From Poseidonia sp. (GTDB lineage: Archaea; Thermoplasmatota; Poseidoniia; Poseidoniales; Poseidoniaceae): a stretch of DNA of 64,000 bases. The stretch covers positions 166,537 to 230,536 of the forward strand of contig JAYQVP010000002.1 in assembly GCA_038148515.1 (NCBI GenBank), given 5' to 3'. Positions 18,745 to 28,809 of the stretch are shown piece after piece (the first letter of the stretch is position 1; each line of letters starts with the position of its first letter). Position numbers and translations under genes: made by a program. The notes below the pieces were generated by a model that did not search any database, had not been told where the DNA came from, and saw only the letters and a list, made by a program, of their open reading frames with translations.

Positions 18745-19896
18745 TTACAAGATATACCCTTGCCGTTGTGCGAGCAAGAGTGCGATGAAGACAAGGTAAA
18801 TCAAAATCAAAACAACCCCTTCGCCGCGTTTGAATTCATACTGCGACCGCATCATTGCCAACGCCACAGCCGTTCCGACAAAGGTGGCGGGTATGATGAG
18901 ATAGACCGTCAGGTCGTAACTGGCTGCGGTCAGCGCCAGCGGATAGACCATAGCAGCCAGGCCGATCGAGAGAAGCGGATCGGTGATGTTTGAACCAATG
19001 AGGGTCCCGATGGCTACACCCTCGCTGCGCTTGGCCGCCATGAACGCAATGGTAAGTTCGGGCAAGGAGGTGCCTAAGCCTGAAACGGTGGTCCCGACGA
19101 CGGCGTGGGGCACGTTGAGGGAATACGCGAGGTCGCTTGCGATGTTGACCAGGTGGTGGGCGGCAAACAGAGCCAGCAACAAACCAAGCGTCACCATGAT
19201 GGCGTACGATGCCGTCGTTCGACTCAACCGCCGTTCAACCGCCTCGGAATCACCCAATTCATCCTCAAGAATTTCATCTCGATGCGCCAGCAACCAATAG
19301 ATGTAACCGCCGTAGAGGGCCACCAACACCGCGCCCTCGAGACGGGAAAGCACCCCTCCCGTCCACAGAAAGAAGGTGAGCAAGGCGATGGACAGGAACA
19401 TGATGCTTCCGTCTCTCTTGAGCCACGAAGGGCGTATTTTCACCCCACGGAAGGTAACGACGACACCGAGGATGAGGGTGATTTGAACCAAAATGGAGCC
19501 GTAAATGCCGCCGATAGCGAGGTCGCCCACGTTGGGGTTGGATGGTATATCAGCCGCGGCTGTGGATGTCACCAAGATTTCGGGGAGCGAGGTCCCGATG
19601 GAAACGATGGTTAATCCGATGACCACTTCTGGCAGACCCGCGCGATAAGCGAGCCCTTTGGCTCCCTCGATGAACACGTCCGCCGATTTGATCAACAACA
19701 CCATCGCCATCACCAGCAACGCTAATGGGAGCCATTGACCGTTGAGCTGGTCGTTTCCATCGATGGTGGAATGCAACACAACAATCCCAAGGAACAACAC
19801 GCCGTTGATGAGCAAGGTGTTGCTCAGGACCAGTTGAGGGATGCCCATCACCGGCGAGGAACCCTCATCCACCATGGCTTGGCGAGCCCCCGCCAC
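18745..19896 (-). CDS. Na+/Ca2+ exchanger family (CaCA) membrane protein
   Basis: Two alpha-repeat regions ('GTSLPEILVT', 'GTSLPELTIA') inside a multi-TM protein. Confidence 0.8.
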   Translation of the reverse strand: MAGARQAMVDEGSSPVMGIPQLVLSNTLLINGVLFLGIVVLHSTIDGNDQLNGQWLPLALLVMAMVLLIKSADVFIEGAKGLAYRAGLPEVVIGLTIVSIGTSLPEILVTSTAAADIPSNPNVGDLAIGGIYGSILVQITLILGVVVTFRGVKIRPSWLKRDGSIMFLSIALLTFFLWTGGVLSRLEGAVLVALYGGYIYWLLAHRDEILEDELGDSEAVERRLSRTTASYAIMVTLGLLLALFAAHHLVNIASDLAYSLNVPHAVVGTTVSGLGTSLPELTIAFMAAKRSEGVAIGTLIGSNITDPLLSIGLAAMVYPLALTAASYDLTVYLIIPATFVGTAVALAMMRSQYEFKRGEGVVLILIYLVFIALLLAQRQGYIL

Positions 19897-19976
19897 TTCT
19901 TGACCGTTGCCTCACGCGTCAAAGACGAGTATCATGTTACAGAATGATTTCAAGAGAGGTCCGATGAGGCGAATCC

Positions 19977-20600
19977 GTGGACAGGCGTGTCGTAGCCGAA
20001 TTTTTTGCGACTGCAACCATGGTCGCAGGCGGATGCTGGAGCGTGGCACAAGGTCACAGCGCGTTGGTAGTCTCCGCCGTGTTTGGCGGCTTGGTCACGC
20101 TGATGATTCTCATAGCCGGCCCCGTCAGTGGTGCTCACATCAACCCTGCGGTCTCGATAGCGCTTTGCCGTGATGGCCGGCTGGAACCTCACCTTCTGGG
20201 TGCGTACATGGGTGCACAATTGACGGGAGGAATCGTTGCTGCACTGCTCACCGGCGGAGCCGGGCCCACGCTCCCCTCACCTTCAGTGCACGTCATGGAG
20301 GCCTTTGCTGTGGAAGTCGTGATCACCATGCTGCTGATGGCCTCCATCTTGTGGGTGATCAACCGAACTTCAGATATGAGGGTCATTGCGGGCGTTGTTG
20401 GCCTCACCGTGGCTGTTTTAGCGTTCAGTACCGGTCATCTTACCGGTGCGAGCATGAACCCGGCCCGAACCGTGGGCCCAAACCTCCTCAACGGGGCATG
20501 GTGGAGCCTGCCCATGTACTGGACCTCAACGACCTTAGGGGCTTGGTTGGCGGTGGACCTCAAGCGAGCCGTGGGTGGGGCCGTCAAGCGTTCATCGTGA
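19977..20600 (+). CDS. MIP/aquaporin family channel
   Basis: Two NPA boxes, 'HINPAVS' and 'SMNPART'. Confidence 0.8.
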   Translation: MDRRVVAEFFATATMVAGGCWSVAQGHSALVVSAVFGGLVTLMILIAGPVSGAHINPAVSIALCRDGRLEPHLLGAYMGAQLTGGIVAALLTGGAGPTLPSPSVHVMEAFAVEVVITMLLMASILWVINRTSDMRVIAGVVGLTVAVLAFSTGHLTGASMNPARTVGPNLLNGAWWSLPMYWTSTTLGAWLAVDLKRAVGGAVKRSS

Positions 20601-23238
20601 CTCGAATCACCTCGACCACGTGTTCCGTGGAAGGAACGGTGTGGTTCTCAAGCGGAGGAGAAAACGGCACCGGCGTATCCAGTGCTCCGATGACCACCGG
20701 GGCCGCTTCGAGTTGGTAGAAACACTCCTCAAGTATGCGTGACTGCACGGTGTGGCCCAAGCCGCCAGACCACTGGCCTTCTTGCAGCACAACCAAACGG
20801 CCAGTTCGTTGCACAGACGCAATGCATGTCGCAGCATCAAAGGGAAGCAACGTCCGTAAGTCAACCACTTCGACTTCCACGCCGTCTTGAGCCAGAGTCT
20901 GTGCGGCTTCCAACGCAATGTGAACCATCGCACCCCACGTCACCAGTGTGAGGTCGCTCCCACCTCGCACCACCTCGGCTTTGCCGATTTTGTAGGGTTG
21001 CCCTTGAGCGAGGTGGTGTGCGACCGATTCGGTATCAACCACCTGATTAATGTTCATGCCCCAACCTGTCAACCCGCCTCTCAAGCCGTACAGGCCAATG
21101 TGCTCCAACATCAAAACGGGGTCGGGCAGTGACGCCGCTTCGACCAAGAGGTCGTAGGCGTCTTGGGGCGTTCCGGGGGCGATGACCACAAGGCCGGGGT
21201 CGTTGGCGAACCAGGATTCGATCATGTTGGCGTGAAACGGTCCTGAGCGGGTGCGAGCGCCAAGCGGAATGCGCACTGTCATCGGGCAGTCTGCGCCCCA
21301 TCGCCATCGTAGCATGGCTGCATTGTTCACCAATGCATTGTAGCCAAGGGCGGCAAATCCGCCAAATTGAATCTCGACCATGGGTTTCATGCCGGCTAAG
21401 GCCGCCCCCACGCCGGTGTGGACAATGACCGCTTCACACAGCGGCATGTCAACCAATTTCTCCCCGTGACCGGCGTTCTTGAGCGCGATGTTCATGCCGA
21501 AGGCTCCAGCGACTTCCATATCTTCCCCGATGAACACACAATCGTCGTCGTAGGTCGTTGCGATGTCAGCCATCGCCTGTTGAATGGCTCGGGCATAGGT
21601 CCACCCACCCTTTTCAGCGTAGGACCAAGCGAGTTCGCCAACCTCCAGAGGCGGAGATGTCGGCAAGGAGGCCGACTGTCCACCGATACGATTCAGATGG
21701 TCAACGTGGGTGTCGGCGTCGTGGAACGAGGTCACACCGCGAGTGACTGTTTCAGGTTCAGGCCAATCCATATCGAGAAGGGCGGTTTTGGCCGCTTCCA
21801 CCCGTTGGTGTTCTTCCTCCTCCATCGATTTCAAATCACTCTCCTTCACGCCCAACCCCAACAAGAGGTCACGATGGGTTGGCAAGGGGTCCTTGGCTTC
21901 CCAATAGGCAAGCAGGTCACGGTCAACGTAGCCAGGAGGTGTTCCGCTGGGGTTGCCCAAATACAGGTCGTCGTGATGGTGGGCGTGACCGCAGCCTCGC
22001 ATGGTTTCCACGTGGATCAGCGTCGGCCCACCGCCCGCCATGGAAAATTCACGAGCGACCGCTGTTGACGCATGCCAAGCAGCTGGGTCCGAACCGTCGA
22101 TGGTCCACGATGGGAAGCCCATCGCCACGGCTTTGTCCGCCCAAACTTCCACTCCCGATTGTTTGGCAGGCGGCGTATCCAACGCGATTTGGTTGTTTTG
22201 AAGGATGTAGGTGATGGGGAGACCGCGGGCGCCTGCGAGGTTCATCGCCTCCCAAAACTCACCGCTTGAAGAGGCACCTTCGCCGATGCAGGCTACATGG
22301 AAGCGTTGCATGCCTTTTTTCCAAGCGGCAAACGCCAAACCCGTCATGGTTGCGCTGGCGATGGGCAAAGGAGCGGTGGGGGGAAGCACACCAACATGCC
22401 ATGCACCAACGTGAAGGTCGCGCCCACCGGCGTCGTCCCAACCACCGTTTTGGTTGGAACCAACCTTGCCGAGGTTGGCTGCCATCACGTCGAGAGGTGT
22501 GTCGCCCATGGCCAAGCCAAGGCCGATGTCGCGAATCATGGGGGCGACGAGGTCGCCATCGTAGCCTTTGCCCGGTCGAGCGGTACGAGGGGCATCGGGT
22601 TGGCGTTCGAGGGCTGTAGCGACGGCAACCACGCCTTCCTGCCACGTTGAGCGGAAACCTTTGCCGCCAAAGGTCCCACCGTCAGGCGTGTCCACGCCGT
22701 TGGTGAACAACTCCTTGAGCGCAGCATCCAAGGCACGGGTCCGGGTCATGGTTCGCTGCCATTCAAGACGGTGGTCAACGGTGACGGCCATGTAGTGGGC
22801 CAACCGGCGAAGCATCAGACGCAGGTCGATGAGGAAATGTGCACGACGTCGTTCAAGCATCAACCGCATGTCCCGTCGCGGAATGACTTCTGTGTCCATC
22901 TCTTCTCCAGCGGAACGCTCCGTTTGCTTGGTTAAACCACGATCCAGGGCTTCAAGAAACCGATTGGAAAAGGCCAGCCACGATGGGCCCTCAAACAACT
23001 CGGGTTCGCCCTCCACGATGTGGTCCCAAATATTGGCGACAAGAAACAGATGGGCATCGTGTCGCTGAGCAATAAACGCCAACACCTCGCTTCGAGCGGC
23101 GGTTTTGGGCAAGGGAGTGGTGAAGGTGAGGGCTTCAGTGGGCGTCCATCGCAGGCCAAAAATTTCAGGAAGCTCGCCTTGTGACACTGCCTGCACCCAA
23201 CCTCCGCACGAGGTGATGGGTTTCAACCCTCTTCTCAA
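20584..23238 (-). CDS. fused 2-oxoacid dehydrogenase E1 component (alpha+beta, TPP-dependent) with N-terminal extension
   Basis: 884 aa. E1-alpha TPP motifs ('CIGEGASSSGEFWEAMNLAG', 'TYRGCGH') are followed by an E1-beta/transketolase-like C-terminal half. The first roughly 200 aa are unassigned. Confidence 0.8.
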   Translation of the reverse strand: MRRGLKPITSCGGWVQAVSQGELPEIFGLRWTPTEALTFTTPLPKTAARSEVLAFIAQRHDAHLFLVANIWDHIVEGEPELFEGPSWLAFSNRFLEALDRGLTKQTERSAGEEMDTEVIPRRDMRLMLERRRAHFLIDLRLMLRRLAHYMAVTVDHRLEWQRTMTRTRALDAALKELFTNGVDTPDGGTFGGKGFRSTWQEGVVAVATALERQPDAPRTARPGKGYDGDLVAPMIRDIGLGLAMGDTPLDVMAANLGKVGSNQNGGWDDAGGRDLHVGAWHVGVLPPTAPLPIASATMTGLAFAAWKKGMQRFHVACIGEGASSSGEFWEAMNLAGARGLPITYILQNNQIALDTPPAKQSGVEVWADKAVAMGFPSWTIDGSDPAAWHASTAVAREFSMAGGGPTLIHVETMRGCGHAHHHDDLYLGNPSGTPPGYVDRDLLAYWEAKDPLPTHRDLLLGLGVKESDLKSMEEEEHQRVEAAKTALLDMDWPEPETVTRGVTSFHDADTHVDHLNRIGGQSASLPTSPPLEVGELAWSYAEKGGWTYARAIQQAMADIATTYDDDCVFIGEDMEVAGAFGMNIALKNAGHGEKLVDMPLCEAVIVHTGVGAALAGMKPMVEIQFGGFAALGYNALVNNAAMLRWRWGADCPMTVRIPLGARTRSGPFHANMIESWFANDPGLVVIAPGTPQDAYDLLVEAASLPDPVLMLEHIGLYGLRGGLTGWGMNINQVVDTESVAHHLAQGQPYKIGKAEVVRGGSDLTLVTWGAMVHIALEAAQTLAQDGVEVEVVDLRTLLPFDAATCIASVQRTGRLVVLQEGQWSGGLGHTVQSRILEECFYQLEAAPVVIGALDTPVPFSPPLENHTVPSTEHVVEVIRVTMNA

Positions 23239-24518
23239 GCGGATTGTGTGGTGTCGTCAGCCAAGGAGCGTTGTCGCTTTTCAATTTCAGCCTCGTAACA
23301 TTCAGCGAGCATGTTTCGGTTGCGCCAAGTGATCGCCAACCCCACCATGGCCGGAACGCAGAGTCCACCCAGCGCCAGAGCCCACGAACCGAACAGGTCG
23401 AACACAGGGCCGACCAACAACGGACCGAGAATGGTACCGGCGGCCCATGCCGCCCCAAAAGCACCGAACGCCAAACCGGGGTGACCTTCGCCCAACGCCC
23501 GGTTGGTTGCCGTATCGATCATGGGCAACATCGGGATTTGGGCGGCAGCAATCGAAAATTGAAAGGCACCGAGCAGACCGATCATGGCGAACACCGCTGT
23601 TGTTCCGTTCAACCAAGCACCCATCACACCAACACCCGCCAAGCACACGACGACCGATGACCAACCGATGATCATGTACCGTGTCGGACCGTTTCGGTCA
23701 ACCCATCGTCCCCAAACGACTGAGCCAAGCCCTTGCATCACAACCATGACCAACAACACGCCCCCGATTTGAGCGGAGGAGAACCCCAATGTGTCGCTGA
23801 GAAACAACGGAACACCTGCTTCGAGGGCCCCTGTTGCAACCGTTGTGATGGCGAGGAGAACGCCGACTCGAAACAAAATCTCGTCCTCAAAAAACACCTT
23901 GATGGAGACCGTGGCCGAAGATCCAGGTGTTGGTCCACCAACCTCGTTGGAGGCTCGCCACATCAACGGACACACTGCGAAGGTCAACACCGCCAACACG
24001 CTGAACGCTTGGGATTCCCCCCACGTAAAGAGAAGGCCGCCAAGGACCGGACCGAACAACCCGCCGATGGCGGCCATGCCCAGGAGTTTACCTGCTTGCT
24101 CGCCGAACTTGGTCGGCCAAAGTTGCGACGCTGATGCCAAACCCGCGGTCATGATGGTCGCTCCGGACGCACCGTGAATCAGGCGAGCCAAAGCCAAAAG
24201 CAAGAAGGGATGACCCAGCCACTCGTTAGTCGCCACGATGTAGATGCAACTCGAGAAGGTCAAGAACAGCAAACTGACAAACACTGTAGGGCCTGCACCA
24301 AAGCGGTCAGTGATCCGGCCGGTGTATGGACCCAAAAGCAACAACGGTACCGCCCATAGGGATACGAGAAGCGTCGATTGTGTTGCATTCAATCCAAATT
24401 GTGTTTGCCATGACGGAAGGATGGGGACAATGAAGGCATAGCCGAGAAAATTGACAAAAAAGGCGCCGAGCAAGGCTGCAAAAGCTCGCCCGTGTTGCTC
24501 GGATTGCTCGTGACTCAC
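23235..24518 (-). CDS. MFS transporter
   Basis: 12-TM profile with 'GRITDRFG'-type MFS loop motifs. 4-nt overlaps at both ends. Confidence 0.75.
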   Translation of the reverse strand: MSHEQSEQHGRAFAALLGAFFVNFLGYAFIVPILPSWQTQFGLNATQSTLLVSLWAVPLLLLGPYTGRITDRFGAGPTVFVSLLFLTFSSCIYIVATNEWLGHPFLLLALARLIHGASGATIMTAGLASASQLWPTKFGEQAGKLLGMAAIGGLFGPVLGGLLFTWGESQAFSVLAVLTFAVCPLMWRASNEVGGPTPGSSATVSIKVFFEDEILFRVGVLLAITTVATGALEAGVPLFLSDTLGFSSAQIGGVLLVMVVMQGLGSVVWGRWVDRNGPTRYMIIGWSSVVVCLAGVGVMGAWLNGTTAVFAMIGLLGAFQFSIAAAQIPMLPMIDTATNRALGEGHPGLAFGAFGAAWAAGTILGPLLVGPVFDLFGSWALALGGLCVPAMVGLAITWRNRNMLAECYEAEIEKRQRSLADDTTQSA

Positions 24519-25603
24519 TCCTCTTCCTCCTTGGCCGGCAAGGCTTCGAGGAGGTCTGTCGTGAGGCGCTCTGCATCTTCAATTTGCGTAAGCAAGGTCC
24601 AATCCGAGAGCGTCCCTGGTCGCTGCAGCAAGCGAAACAATTCAAGCAGCACTTCCCCCGTGAGTCGGGTCAATGCGAGCGTTTCAGGGTCGATGGTAAC
24701 CTGTTGGTTTGTTTCCAACAACGCAACAAAATCCGGTTCCTCATCGAGGATAGCGTCCATCTCCCGCTCGACTTGTTCGGCGATGTCGTTGGCTTGACGC
24801 TCCAGAATGTCCTCCATGGAAGTGCTCAGAGAGGCACTGGTCGGAGCCGCTCCTTCACCCAGCGTTGCCCCTCGATTGAGGTCGTTAAAACTGGGCGTCG
24901 TTGCTGATGCGGGCCCGTCATTCGATGATGCCTGAGGGTCAACGGGCGGAGCCATCTGGTCGGTCTGCCCTCGACCAACCAAGCGATTCAACGCCAGACG
25001 CACCATGTTGGTCATGGTCTCCGCTGAAACATCGATGGCGTCATGGCCATCCCCCAATTCGTCTTGCAAACTGGCCACGAACGTCTCGTCAATGTTGCCC
25101 GCTTCCACCAACCGACGCAGCATCGGCAACGCCCACTGGCTGTCGTTCATGGTCATGCCGACATCGAACCGAGGTGAGGCCAACCCTCCAACGCCGCCTT
25201 GGGAGACTTCAGCGGGGGGCGCAACAAATTGTTTCGATGCATGACGGCCAATTTGGCCAATGAGTTGATTCATGTCGATGGGTTTTCCAATCACCTCGGC
25301 GACGCCGGCCAGAGCGGCAGAAGACAGGAAATCTGGCGCCGTCGTACGAGACAGGAGGACTACACGCGAACTGTTGCGGAAACGTGCTTCATTGTTCATC
25401 GTGCTGCAAGCGTCCAATGCGCTGCCTTGAGACCACTCGCCCTCGATAAGCACCACATCCGGCATCACTGCAGCGGCCGTTGCAGTCGTTTGTGCCAAGG
25501 TGCCCAAGCGCGTGACCTCATACCCTTCTCGTTCGAAGGTGTTGCCCAACAGGTTTCGGCGACCCTCGTTTTCGTCGGCGATGATGATGCTGGCCATGAC
25601 CAT
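24515..25603 (-). CDS. receiver-domain (CheY-like) protein with uncharacterised C-terminal domain
   Basis: N-terminus 'IIIADENEGRRNLL...DVVLIEGEW...KPID' matches REC-fold spacing. The C-terminal roughly 230 aa are acidic with no known motif. Confidence 0.55.
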   Translation of the reverse strand: MVMASIIIADENEGRRNLLGNTFEREGYEVTRLGTLAQTTATAAAVMPDVVLIEGEWSQGSALDACSTMNNEARFRNSSRVVLLSRTTAPDFLSSAALAGVAEVIGKPIDMNQLIGQIGRHASKQFVAPPAEVSQGGVGGLASPRFDVGMTMNDSQWALPMLRRLVEAGNIDETFVASLQDELGDGHDAIDVSAETMTNMVRLALNRLVGRGQTDQMAPPVDPQASSNDGPASATTPSFNDLNRGATLGEGAAPTSASLSTSMEDILERQANDIAEQVEREMDAILDEEPDFVALLETNQQVTIDPETLALTRLTGEVLLELFRLLQRPGTLSDWTLLTQIEDAERLTTDLLEALPAKEEEE

Positions 25604-25695
25604 CCCCTGCCCGTGAGGTGAATCGGAGCCCCTATCAATTTCACGCCCTGTTCATCAGGTTCGGGTCGGAATTAACGCCTCAAGAACCGACAGCG

Positions 25696-25715
25696 TTGCG
25701 GTGATATCTCCGCAA
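25696..25715. promoter_or_regulatory. near-perfect 20-bp palindrome in divergent intergenic region
   Basis: 'ttgcggtgatatctccgcaa' equals its reverse complement except at 2 positions. It lies between the receiver-domain gene and the K+ channel gene. Confidence 0.35.
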
Positions 25716-25746
25716 TCCATCTAAACGCAACGCACATTCAACACCC

Positions 25747-26577
25747 ATGACCGAAACGAAGCGTGACGGCGCGCCCCAAACACGCAAGGCGCACATTCAC
25801 CAAGTGATTTTCGAAGCGGACACAAGGGCGGGAAAGTGGTTTGATGTTCTTCTCTTGTTGGCCATTCTCACCTCGGTCCTGACCGTTTCGCTGGAAACGG
25901 TGGAAGCGATCGACCGTGAATATCATCGGTTGTTGAAAACTATAGAATGGGTGATTACCCTGTTGTTTACGGTTGAATATATCCTGCGCTTGTACACCAC
26001 CAAGCGAACTAAAGAGTACGCATTTTCCTTCTATGGCGTCGTGGACCTGTTGGCTATTCTGCCGTCCTACCTCAGCCTGGTCGTTGCAGGAACCCAGAGT
26101 TTGCTCGTCGTGCGCGCCCTCCGCTTGTTGCGTATGTTCCGTGTTCTGAAACTCAGCCGTTACGTTTCAGAAGCCAACGTATTGGGCTTGGCTTTGCTGC
26201 AAGCCCGCACGAGAATCATCGTATTCCTGTTCACGCTTTCCGTGCTGGGCATTATTTCCGGGGCGTTCATGTATCTTATCGAGGGACCCACGCACGGTTT
26301 CACCTCCATTCCACAAAGCGTTTACTGGTCGTTGACGACCATCACAGGGACAGGGTACGGCGATACCGTCCCCATCACACCGGGCGGCAAAATCCTCGCC
26401 GTTTTCATCATGGTGCTAGGTTACAGCCTCATCATCGTGCCAACCGGGATTCTCTCCTCTGAATTGATCCGAATTGGTGATTTGAACACACGCGCCTGCC
26501 CTTCATGCTCCAAAGAAGGGCACGATTCCAATGCTGCCTATTGCAAGCATTGCGGTGAAGGACTCAATCCCCACTGA
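25747..26577 (+). CDS. voltage-gated-like K+ channel with C-terminal zinc ribbon
   Basis: S4-like 'VRALRLLRMFRVLKLSR', selectivity filter 'TITGTGYGD', and C-terminal 'CPSCS...CKHCG'. Confidence 0.75.
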   Translation: MTETKRDGAPQTRKAHIHQVIFEADTRAGKWFDVLLLLAILTSVLTVSLETVEAIDREYHRLLKTIEWVITLLFTVEYILRLYTTKRTKEYAFSFYGVVDLLAILPSYLSLVVAGTQSLLVVRALRLLRMFRVLKLSRYVSEANVLGLALLQARTRIIVFLFTLSVLGIISGAFMYLIEGPTHGFTSIPQSVYWSLTTITGTGYGDTVPITPGGKILAVFIMVLGYSLIIVPTGILSSELIRIGDLNTRACPSCSKEGHDSNAAYCKHCGEGLNPH

Positions 26578-27772
26578 CGATGTCACCGGGAGAGGCGGCG
26601 AACCAAGCCATCAAACCGCCCTCAAGATTGTACAAGCGGTCGGCGGGCCAGCCGGCCTGTGCAAGCGCATTGGCCGCCATGTTGGAGCGAACGCCACCTT
26701 GGCAGTGCACGAGAATGTCGGTGTCCACAGGCAAATCATCCATCACGCTGAGGACTTCAGGGTGAGGAATCTGAAGGTTGCAACCGTTGACATGGGCTTG
26801 GTGATGCTCGGCATCCGAACGCACGTCGAGGATGAACGGTGCCCATCCGGTGTTCCGACGCTGCAAGACCTCTGCCATAGTGATGTGGTTGACCATGTTG
26901 TGAGCCGTGAGGGGTTGGGATTTTTGTTCTTCCGATGGGACATTGCTGTCGGTACGCACCATGCACCAGTCTTCTTGGGTAGCGAGCGAAGCAGCCTGTT
27001 GCAGGTCGACCACGGCTGGGCGCGTGGGATCCTTGGCAAAGGTCAGGGTTTGGAAGGAAAGAGCGAGGGCGTCGTACAACAAAAGATGCCCCGATAGCGA
27101 TGGGGTGAGGCCGAGAAGCAGTTTGATGGCCTCCGTTGCCTGCAAGGTACCCACGATACCGGGGAGCACACCAAACACACCTGCTTCTGCGCATGAAGGC
27201 ACGGCGTGAGCCGGTGGAGGCTCAGGAAACAGGTCACGGTAGGTGGGCCCTCCTTCGTGATTAAACAGGGACACTTGGCCTTCGAACCGGAATACGGAGC
27301 CGTAAATCCAAGGAAGACCCAACAGTTCACACGCGTCGTTGATGAGATAGCGGGTGGGGATATTGTCCGTTCCGTCCACGATGATGTCCCATCCAGAAAG
27401 CAGTGACAACGCATTGTCCGGGTGAAGACGGGTGAGGTGGGTCACCACCTCAATACCCGGGTCCATCGCTTCCAAGGTCGTTCTCGCCGATTCAACCTTG
27501 GGCCGCCCCACATCGGCGGTTGAGTGAAGAATTTGACGTTGGAGGTTGCTCAACTCAACATCGTCGTCGTCGACCAGACCGATGCGCCCTACGCCAGCCG
27601 CAGCGAGGTACATCGCCACCGGCGAACCAAGACCTCCAGCACCGATGATGAGAACGCTGGCGTTTTGCAGACGACGCTGACCTTCCACGCCGACGTCCGG
27701 CAGCGAGATGTGCCGGGCGTGCCGATGCAGGTCCACCATGGTACGGGGAGTCGGGCTCCTGTCAAGAAGCAA
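26564..27772 (-). CDS. moeB: MoeB/ThiF-type E1-like adenylyltransferase fused to rhodanese domain (MOCS3-like)
   Basis: 'LIIGAGGLGSPVAMYLAAAGVGRIGLVDDD' is the ThiF/MoeB motif. The C-terminal rhodanese carries 'ILVHCQGGVRS'. Confidence 0.85.
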   Translation of the reverse strand: MLLDRSPTPRTMVDLHRHARHISLPDVGVEGQRRLQNASVLIIGAGGLGSPVAMYLAAAGVGRIGLVDDDDVELSNLQRQILHSTADVGRPKVESARTTLEAMDPGIEVVTHLTRLHPDNALSLLSGWDIIVDGTDNIPTRYLINDACELLGLPWIYGSVFRFEGQVSLFNHEGGPTYRDLFPEPPPAHAVPSCAEAGVFGVLPGIVGTLQATEAIKLLLGLTPSLSGHLLLYDALALSFQTLTFAKDPTRPAVVDLQQAASLATQEDWCMVRTDSNVPSEEQKSQPLTAHNMVNHITMAEVLQRRNTGWAPFILDVRSDAEHHQAHVNGCNLQIPHPEVLSVMDDLPVDTDILVHCQGGVRSNMAANALAQAGWPADRLYNLEGGLMAWFAASPGDIVSGD

Positions 27773-27778
27773 ACGGCT

Positions 27779-28708
27779 TCAGTGGACATTCTCTTCGAGC
27801 CACTTTTCGACATCAATGGCCGCTGCGCAGCCCATGCCCGCCGCGGTGATGGCTTGCTTGTATCGAGTATCAACCACGTCTCCGGCGGCAAAGACACCAG
27901 GAACGGACGTCATTGTGTGTTCCTTGTGAACGATGTAGCCGTTGGCGTCGGTCTCCACTTGGCCTCCTAGGAAGTCCGTGATGGGGGTGTGGCCGATGGC
28001 GATGAAGGCACCCGTCGCTTCGATGGTTTCGGTGCTCCCGTCCTCGGTGTTCTCCAATACAGCGCCTGTCAAGCCTTTGCTGTCCGACAACCACTCCTTG
28101 ACCTCACGGAAGGTCCGAATCTCGATTTTGGGGTGGTTGGCCGCTCGCTCGTACATGATGGTCGATGCCTTGAAGACATCACGCCGGTGAATCAGCGTGA
28201 CCTTGCTGGCAAATCGGGTCAGGAAGGTCGCCTCCTCACAGGCCGAATCTCCGCCACCGATGACCATCACATGTTCATCTCTGAAGAAAGCCCCGTCACA
28301 GGTGGCGCACGTGGAGATGCCTCGTCCTTTTTGCTCGGCTTCACCGGGCGCATTGAGCCACAAGGATTCAGCCCCCGTGCACACGATGATGGAGTGGGTC
28401 AGGAAGGTCTCACCTTCCACCGTCACCTTGAACGGACGTTGGGACAGGTCGACTTCGTCCACGTTGCGATCCTGCACCTCCAGGCCAAAGCGTTCGGCTT
28501 GCTCGCGAAGTTGGGTCATCATTTCTGGACCACCAATGCCTTCGGGGTAACCGGGGAAATTTTCGATGTCGCTCGTGAGCATGAGCTGGCCGCCAGACAT
28601 GTATCCGGCAAACATGAGCGGGTTGAGCATTGCGCGCCCGGTGTACAATCCAGCGGTGTAACCTGCAGGTCCTGAGCCGATGATAATGACGTTGCGAACT
28701 TCCGACAT
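27779..28708 (-). CDS. trxB: thioredoxin-disulfide reductase
   Basis: 'IIIGSGPAGYTAG', redox-active 'CATCDG', and 'GGGDSACEEA'. Start set at internal 'MSEVRNV' (28708); the ORF-track N-terminal extension is Arg/Pro-rich and implausible. Confidence 0.85.
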   Translation of the reverse strand: MSEVRNVIIIGSGPAGYTAGLYTGRAMLNPLMFAGYMSGGQLMLTSDIENFPGYPEGIGGPEMMTQLREQAERFGLEVQDRNVDEVDLSQRPFKVTVEGETFLTHSIIVCTGAESLWLNAPGEAEQKGRGISTCATCDGAFFRDEHVMVIGGGDSACEEATFLTRFASKVTLIHRRDVFKASTIMYERAANHPKIEIRTFREVKEWLSDSKGLTGAVLENTEDGSTETIEATGAFIAIGHTPITDFLGGQVETDANGYIVHKEHTMTSVPGVFAAGDVVDTRYKQAITAAGMGCAAAIDVEKWLEENVH

Positions 28709-28809
28709 GGCACTCTCCAATTTTCGTGGACGAACGGGGGTGTTTGAAGATTCGCCTCCGCCTTCCCAGAACAAGAAAAAGCCATAGAAGCCCTTGCGTT
28801 CACTTTGGC

